Source: Macrostomum lignano
Lineage: Eukaryota
Assembly (NCBI GenBank): GCA_002269645.1
Contig: NIVC01000232.1
Location: 195,684-259,683, forward strand
Reading direction: 5' to 3'
DNA length: 64,000 nucleotides
The notes under the pieces are model-generated. The model ran no database searches. It saw only the letters and a list, made by a program, of their open reading frames with translations, and had not been told where the DNA came from. Below are positions 47,946 through 64,000 of this stretch, piece after piece. A program made the position numbers and the translations under genes. Position 1 is the first letter of the stretch. Every line of letters begins with the position of its first letter.

Positions 47946-50900
47946 AAGACAGACAGGCAGACAGACAGACAGACAGGCAGACAGACAGACAGACAGACAG
48001 ACAGGCAGACAGACAGACAGACAGGCAGGCGGGCAGAATGACAGACAGGCAGACAGACAGACAGACAGGCAGGCAGAATGACAGACAGGCAGACAGACAG
48101 ACAGACAGGCAGACAGACAGACAGGCAGACAGGCAGGCAGACAAACAGGCAGACAGCTACATGTAGCACTCACTCTCCTCCCATCCGTGCCCGTACGCAG
48201 CCAGCGGGTAGGCGGGCTCCCCGTGCTTGGGGATGTCCAGCCCCTTGCTCTCGTGCTCCTCGCTGACGCGGAACAGCCTGAGCAGGCGCAGCGAGCCGAA
48301 GATCAGCACGGACAGGACGGCCGACCACAGCAGAATGGCGGCGGCGCCAACCAGCTGCCAGAGGAGGTTCATGCCGGACCGCCTGCCCGGGCTCACCAGG
48401 ATGCCGTCGCCATTGCGAAAAAATGCCACCAAAATGACGCCGACAAAGCCGCCGCCGGCGTGCACGCCGACAGCTTCGAGCGGATCGTCGCAGCCAAGTT
48501 TGAGCACCAGCCATGAGACGGTCAGATAGGCCAAGCTGGCTACCAGGCCGATGACCAGAGCTGACCATGGCTGCACTGCGTTGCAACCGGCGCAGATGGC
48601 TACCATGCCTGTGGGTTGGTTTGAGTTTAGGAACAAGGGGATCGAGAAACTTAATTATATTTACAATGTACAGTACCAGTGGAATTAAATTTTCATTTTA
48701 CATGTACATCCGCACCAAGGCCTTAACACCAAGGGCTTTAGCTACAAGGGGCTTTAGCACCAAGGGGCGCCAGCACCAAGGGGCTTTAGCACCAAGGGGC
48801 TTTAGCACCAAGGGGCGCCAGCACCAAGGGGTGCCAGCAACAGGGGGCGCCAGGGGTGTCAGGCCCATTCCACTGACTCCAGAGCACGCTCACTGATAGG
48901 TACGTAGACATGCGCAAGATAAAATGATGAATAAAACCATCCGAACCTTACCAACCAACGATCATTCATTGTGTACAATAGTTCCGCAGACTATTTCTTA
49001 CCTGCTAATCCGCCATTGATGGTGCTCAGCAGCGACCAGGTACCGAAACGCAGCTTCTGGATGGCCATGGTCAAGAATGCGGAGCTGCTGCCGCTCAGAC
49101 AAGTGTTCACCATGGACAGTGCGACTGCTTGACCATCGCCTTCCGAAGCTATGGCCGCCTGCGAGCCGCCGTTGAACGCCAAGAAGCCGAAAAACAAAAT
49201 GAAACCGCCAAGGGAGACTAGCGGCACGGAATGGCCGCGGATTTCCCGAGGCAATCCCGTTGTTGGATCAAATCGGCCTAAACGAGGTCGAAGGATGATA
49301 GCGGCAACCAGGGCAGCGGTGACTCCCAGCAGGTGCACAACTCCGGAACCGGCGAAATCCTAAAGAATAATTTTGTAATGAAGCTGAAGACACATGCTGG
49401 ACAAGTCTCAAAGAGCCAATGGGACATGCTGGACGAGTCTCTAAGACGTGAAGGGACATGCTGAACGAGTCTCAAAGACGTGATGGGACATGCTGGACGA
49501 GTCTCTAAGACGTGATGGGACATGCTGGACGAGTCTCTAAGACGTGATGGGACATGCTGGGCGAGTCTCTAAGACGTGATGGGACATGCTGGACGAGTTT
49601 CTAAGAGAGCTGTTGGGACATGCTGGACGAGTTTCTAAGAGAGCTGTTGGGACATGCTGGACGAGTTTCTAAGAGAGCTGTTGGGACATGCTGGACGAGT
49701 TTCTAAGAGAGCTGTTGGGACATGCTGGACGAGTTTCTAAGAGAGCTGTTGGGACATGCTGGACGAGTTTCTAAGAGAGCTGTTGGGACATGCTGGACGA
49801 GTTTCCAAGAGAGCTGTTGGGACATGCTGGACGAGTTTCTAAGAGAGCTGTTGGGACATGCTGGACGAGTCTCTAAGACGTGATGGGACATTCTGGACAA
49901 GTCTCTAAGACGTGATGGGACATGCTGGACGAGTTTCTAAGAGAGCTGTTGGGACATGCTGGACGAGTCTCTAAGACGTGATGGGACATTCTGGACAAGT
50001 CTCTAAGACGTGATGGGACATGCTGGACGAGTCTCTGAGAGAGCTGTTGGGACATGCTGGACGAGTCTCAAAGAGCTGATGACACATGCTGGACGAGTCT
50101 CAAAGAGCTGATGACACATGCTGGACGAGTCTCAAAGAGCTGATGACACATGCTGGACGAGTCTCAAAGAGCTGATGACACATGCTGGACGAGTCTCAAA
50201 GAGCTGATGACACATGCTGGACGAGTCTCTAAGAGTTGATGACACATGCTGGACGAGTCTCAAAGAGCTGATGACACACGCTGGATGAGTCTCAAAGAGC
50301 TGATGACACACGCTGGATGAGTCTCAAAGAGCTGATGACACACGCTGGACGAGTCTACTCACGTGATACTTTAACTGGATCGGCACTCCATCATCGCTAA
50401 ACGTGATGCTCGCTCCCAGCGCCAGCCAACCGTTCGGAGCCCAGGCCCAGTGGGTGACGATCGGATAGAGAAAACCTTGACCGCGAAGGAGTTGGTTTCG
50501 TTGCGATGTACACTGTCTACGGTTGAAGAACCTTGGTTGCTTATTAATGTACTTTGAGCTCTAGTGATCACTCAAATATTTTCAGAGTTTAGACAGAGTT
50601 TCGTCACTTACTCGTAATAAAAATATCCTTCTGTGTAAAAAAATACTTATTACGGTGCAAAATAAACGCTCATTTCAAAGCCTGATAAACACAAAATTCA
50701 ATGAATCATAAACACTAATTTAAGCGTCGAATAAACCCATAACAATGCTTTCCAAACACTCAGTTCAAAGCGTAATAAAGGTTTACTCCATCGTGCTTCA
50801 TCAAAACCTTCTCTCAGCTCTATATTCACTGCTCTGTGATGAAGCCATGGCGAGTCTGTCCAGTGCCTCACCCGAGATCAGAGCCGAATAAACCAGGTAC

Positions 50901-51480
50901 CCGACAAACTCGCAGCGCTCGGCCACCGCTCCGCTAACAATGGTGGCGGCTGTTGCGGCAAACATAAAGTTGAACAGCACGTGCGAATATTTCTCCGGCG
51001 GCAAGCGACTCAAAGCCCAGTACTTGTCGCCACAGAATCTGTTGCCAGGGTTACCGAATCCGAGGGCGTAGCCAACTAAATAGTAAGCCAGGCCGCCTAT
51101 GACTGAAATTGAAAAATATTATGATCGAAAACATAACAGTAAAATATTTCTGTACTTATTGAACACTACTTGCTGGCGCCCCTTGGTGCTAAAGCCCCTC
51201 GGTGGTAAAGCCCAAACCGTACTGTATCAAAGAACAAAGACCATAGAGTGAACTCACAGGAGTCCAGGATGTTCTTGATCAGTATGTTGGTCACATTCTT
51301 CGATCTGACAGCTCCGGCCTCCAGCAGTGCGAAGCCGCACTGCATAAAGTACACCACAATGGCCATCGTGCACAGAAAGAAGTCGTTCATTGACTGATTG
51401 CTGCCGTTGAATCGAGCCAGAAGGCCTGACATGGTGAGCTCAACTGTGCTCAATGCGATGCTTGAGTTGCTGGTATCCAT
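47068..51480 (-). CDS. amt: Ammonium transporter (Amt/MEP family), paralogue 1, about 530 aa
   Basis: Minus-strand exons 51480-51258, 51102-50872, 50475-50363, 49359-49002, 48608-48174, 47630-47559, 47228-47068 (1593 nt, in frame, GT-AG). Motifs FMQCGFALLEAGAVRSKN, FAATAATIVSGAVAER, LYPIVTHWAW, DFAGSGVVH, FGFLAFNGGS, DDPLEAVGVH, GLDIPKHGEPAYP. AATAAA (minus) at 46915-46910. Confidence 0.93.
47695..48155. repeat. (GACA/GGCA)n microsatellite in Amt-1 intron
   Basis: Direct reading. Confidence 0.93.
48715..48855 (+). repeat. Short variant array of the GGCGCC/CACCAAGGGG family in Amt-1 intron 4
   Basis: GGGGCTTTAGCACCAAGGGGCGCCAGC units; inverted copy at 51170-51215. Confidence 0.85.
49390..50355. 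repeat. 32-34-bp minisatellite (CATGCTGGACGAGT[C/T]TCTAAGA...GGGA)n in Amt-1 intron 3
   Basis: Direct reading; three sub-variants arranged in blocks. Confidence 0.94.
51170..51215 (-). repeat. GGCGCC-family repeat in Amt-1 intron 1, inverted relative to 48715-48855
   Basis: GCTGGCGCCCCTTGGTGCTAAAGCCCC is the exact reverse complement of a 27-mer within 48715-48855. Confidence 0.8.
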
Positions 51481-51735
51481 GCCGGTTAGATCGTGGAAAA
51501 ACTGTGGAAATTTTCGAGCCGGAAGCAGTCTGGCTTTTCTGTTGAGGTAATATGGTGGGAGAGAAATAAGATGACTGATGGGGCGAAGAATTTGACACCT
51601 GGCGGGTGGCAACCCGGCGAGTGTCAGGTGACCAGCGTGAGAAGCGAGTGGGCGGCTTCGAGGCAATTCTCTAATTGTGTAAATCGTTTAAATATGATTT
51701 TATCTGCGTAAATGCTCAACTATCCATGCTCACCA

Positions 51736-52159
<424 letters not shown>

Positions 52160-52808
52160 CTGGTTCACCTCAAGGCTCGCAGCAGCAGCAATAGCAGCAA
52201 CCCACTAATTACTGACGCGAGGACAAGCCTGATTTTCCACCCTTTGCTCCCCCCGAGAAAGCTTTAACGCAGACAGACTACGGAAAGGGCATTTATAGTA
52301 TTCCGCGGTACAGTTTCGGATTAATTAGAAATTTTCACGTTTGAAAAAGTATCAAAGTTAAATTGTTCGAAAAAAAGGTAATTAGTTCCTCCCCCCAAAA
52401 AAATGATTAACTTGCGTGCCTCCGCAAAAGTAAATGATCCGCCGATCCGCTGATCAGCTATTTGACGGCGAAGCCACCCAAAATCCGCAGTCCAATCGGA
52501 TTTACGGGTCTAGAGATTATTTAAAACAAATAACAGTCATTCGATAGCAACTTGATACTTCGCAGGAGATCTTACCTCTAGGATTAAACTTGAATGACTT
52601 TTGAATCATTGGAAAGTTTCACTATATCGACCGGGGACACGCCCAAACGTCGCACCTCAAACCCCAGCGGGGTGCTCGGTTTCTAAGCTGCCAAGCTTTT
52701 GTTCATTGGTCTTGTTCTCAATCAGCTTAAGTCGCTGGACTTACGTTAAAACCAACTTTCGCACTCAGTACATCAGCTAAGAGACGCGGAGGCGCAGGGA
52801 CGAACGCC

Positions 52809-61169
<8,361 letters not shown>

Positions 61170-62499
61170 GGTGCGACTCACGATCGGAAAGAGACCCGAT
61201 AAAGACTGCGTGTACACAGTGTACACAGATATTATTTTTGTTTAATTTTGTTTGCATTAGATTTTTATAAACCTAACGCTCGCGCGTGTCACGTGGAACA
61301 GAAGTTAAGAAGAAAAAATCGATTGGGAATTTAGTAACGCAAGGGTCAAGGAGTCAAGGCCCATTCTGCCGACTCCCCTGAGCAGGCACACAAGCGCGCG
61401 GATGCGTACGCAGTCATACGCACAGGCACACACTCACACAGGAGTGCGCAGCGGCCCTAACTTTATTTGAAACATGGATCGACAGGCCGAGTTACAGATG
61501 GTATGCAGCTGTCTTGCTAAGTACCGCATGTATATATCTGTAGAATAGCAGTGACTCTCAGTATATATCTGATGACAGAAGTATAACTGCAGACAATTTT
61601 ATAAGCATAATCTGCACATTAATGTTAATTTCGGCGTCCTAGATCTAGATACGATGTTAATTCCAGTTAAAAACATTACTTGGCGCCTCAGGACTTCAGT
61701 TTCAGTTTAACAACTGCGCAACCTCTTCAGTTGAGTCCGCGGCGGTCTCGTTTATTACTCACATTTGTTATACTGCTCCTTTGTTTGTTTATTTACATAA
61801 ACCGTTTTTTTTTCAAAGCAATTTTATATTACATGTACATAGACGTTAATATTGCACAAAAATCTTATATATTATTTTCAGTATATTTTAAACTATCCAT
61901 CAATGACAATTCGGCGTTGTCCGGTAGATACTACTGATATTTTTTCGCTTCACATATTGTAGTAGTAGGGATAAAGAGTAGCTTTAATTTTTTTTTCAAG
62001 CAAAATTCTGAATAATAAAAAAAATTGCACAAATAAGCTATTCAAGTATTTTTAACTCCTGAATAAAGACGTCCAACATAAAATATATGAATTGAGCTGA
62101 GCTAATATTCTCATGGCTCAAAAAGTAAATTACCGCGTTCCGTTTTGTTTAAATCATTTAAACAAAAGCAGAAACTATTTAAAACTTACTGTATAAAAAT
62201 GGTATGCTATATAGTCTGAATGTACACAAAAATTATACGCACAAAAATGAAACTTCATTGTCCTCGTTAATACAGATTTTTCTAAAATATTTCTCTACCC
62301 GAACAACTAATATAGATACGTACTCTTTATGGTGTAGAAAATATTTTCCAATAAAAGTATCGATTGTGTGTAGCAGACAACTGGCAAACAGATCGGGACA
62401 CACAGGTAAACAGACAACAGATAAAAATCTATTTGAGATATCGCGCAAGTCAGTCAAACTCAAATGACTGATGCAATGTTGCAACTGATAACAAATCTT

Positions 62500-63675
62500 T
62501 CAAAGCCGCATCCCGTTTGCACTCGAAGCCTCACCGATGTCAGCAGCAGCCGCCAAATTGCCCCCACTAGAGGCAATTTCTATCATCGGGGTGCCGGCTG
62601 AAAATTTGGGGGGGGATAAATCATGTACATGTACCTACCAACCACACCTGATAATTATAGCTGTTAAGTAATTAGAGCAACCAACCACACCTGATAATTA
62701 TAGCTGTTAAGTAATTAGAGCAACCAACCACACCTGATAATTATAGCTGTTAAGTAATTAGAGCAACCAACCACACCTGATAATTATAGCTGTTAAGTAA
62801 TTAGAGCAACCAACCACACCTGATAATTATAGCTGTTAAGTAATTAGAGCAACCAACCACACCTGATAATTATAGCTAAATAGTAATTAGAGCTACCAGT
62901 CACACCTGATAATTATAGATATTAGTAATTAGATCCACCAGCCAGACCTGATAATTAGAGCTATTAGTAATTAGAGCTACCAGTCACACCTGATAATTAG
63001 AGCTATTAGTAATTAGAGCTACCAGTCACACCTGATAATTAGAGCTATTAGTAATTAGAGCTACCAGTCACACCTGATAATTAGAGCTATTAGTAATTAG
63101 AGCTACCAGTCACACCTGATAATTAGAGCTACTAGTAATTAGAGCTACCAGCCACACCTGATTATTTTAGCTATAGTCACACCTGATAATTAGAGCTTCT
63201 ACCTTACCAAATTCGTTGCAATCATCAAATTTAGCCGCAAGCAGCTCTCCTGTCTCTCGCAGTCTCTCGTATGGATAGGCCGCCTCTCCATGCTCGGCCT
63301 TGTCCAGACCCACACCTTCGTCCAGTTCGGACACTCGATACCAACCGGCCAGTTGCAGGCAGCCGAAAACCGCAAGCGAGAAACCGGTTGACCAAGCAAT
63401 TATGACAACTAGACCAACTAGTTGCCACGCAGAGTTCAACGCAGACAAAAGCCCCGGATTCGCTAGAATGCCGCGCTTGGAGTGGAACAGAGCCACCAGG
63501 AGCAGGCCTACCAGGCCGCCTGAGAAGTGGACGCTCACTGCCTCCACCGGGTCGTCTACTCGAAGGCGAACGACGAGGTTGGAGCAGGCCAGATAAGCAA
63601 CACCGGCTACCACGCCCGTTGCTAGGGCGGCCCACGGCTCTACGGAGTTGCAGCTGGCGCAGATTGACACCATGC
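62500..63675 (-). CDS. amt: Ammonium transporter paralogue 3, last two exons (5' part lies beyond the window)
   Basis: Exon 63675-63208 (G-MVSICASCN...DDPVEAVSVHFSGG...GLDKAEHGEAAYP) starts at the same phase-1 G|GC ATG junction as exon 5 of Amt-1 and Amt-2. Terminal exon 62597-62500 (AGTPMIEIASSGGNLAAAADIGEASSANGMRL*) follows an aaattttcag acceptor. Confidence 0.85.
62630..63197. repeat. About 43-bp minisatellite (CCACACCTGATAATTATAGCTGTTAAGTAATTAGAGCAACCAA) filling the last Amt-3 intron
   Basis: Period 43; two subfamilies in blocks; internal TAATTA dyads. Confidence 0.93.
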
Positions 63676-63697
63676 CTGCGGCGGCGGTGCGGGGGCG

Positions 63698-64000
63698 GTT
63701 CTGTCTGGGGCGCTTCTGTCTGGGGCGCTTCTGTCCAGAGCGATTCTGTCCAGGGCGATTCTGTCCAGGGCGATTCTGTCTGGGGCGATTCTGTCTGGGG
63801 CGATATTGTCTGGGGCGATTCTGTCTGGGGCGATTCTGTCTGGGGCGATTCTGTCTGGGGCGATTCTGTCCAGGGCGATTCTGTCCAGGGCAATTCTGTC
63901 TGGGGCGATTCTGTCTGGGGCGATGCTGTCCAGGGCGATTCTGTCTGGGGCGATTCTGTCTGGGGCGATATTGTCTGGGGCGATTCTGTCTGGGGCGATT
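63698..64000. repeat. 15-bp minisatellite (TGGGGCGATTCTGTC)n in Amt-3 intron
   Basis: Direct reading; continues past the window end. Confidence 0.93.

Noticed and set aside
48677-48875. 9-bp inverted termini CAGTGGAAT / ATTCCACTG around the GGCGCC variant array
   Set aside because: Flanks TACAGTAC and ACTCCAGA give no TSD and the TIR is short, so it is not called as a transposon.
62585-62620. CGGGGTGCCGGCTGAAAATTTGGGGGGGG looked like a MITE end
   Set aside because: It is better explained as the minus-strand acceptor (aaattttcag) of the Amt-3 terminal exon, which reads in frame to a homologous tail motif.

Overview
Eukaryotic (animal) genomic DNA with GT-AG introns, not a prokaryotic locus. 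By hand tally roughly 40% of the window is tandem repeat, and almost every intron carries its own minisatellite. The style resembles a free-living flatworm such as Macrostomum, but this is inference only. Four protein-coding genes can be assembled with phase-consistent exons. One is a complete UNC5 netrin receptor (+, 28559-45788; SP-Ig-Ig-TSP1-TSP1-TM-ZU5-UPA-death domain, about 1023 aa). The other three are tandem ammonium transporter (Amt) paralogues in -/+/- orientation (47068-51480, 52809-61169, and 62500 to beyond the window end). The most notable observations are: (i) a second, distal signal-peptide exon at 15028-15181 that splices in frame into an internal acceptor of UNC5 exon 1, giving two alternative N-termini; (ii) an Amt cluster with conserved core introns but modular cytoplasmic tails, including a 15-nt Cys-Cys microexon, a His-rich tail and alternative acceptors; (iii) hAT-type MITEs, one with a perfect 8-bp TSD and a coding-like cargo; (iv) minisatellites that appear to be seeded from splice sites or carry tandem decoy splice sites; (v) a GGCGCC-rich repeat family arranged as inverted pairs. 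No tRNA, rRNA or CRISPR array is supported. Most long ORFs in the supplied track are artefacts of tandem repeats. All gene models are hand-built and need RNA-seq confirmation.
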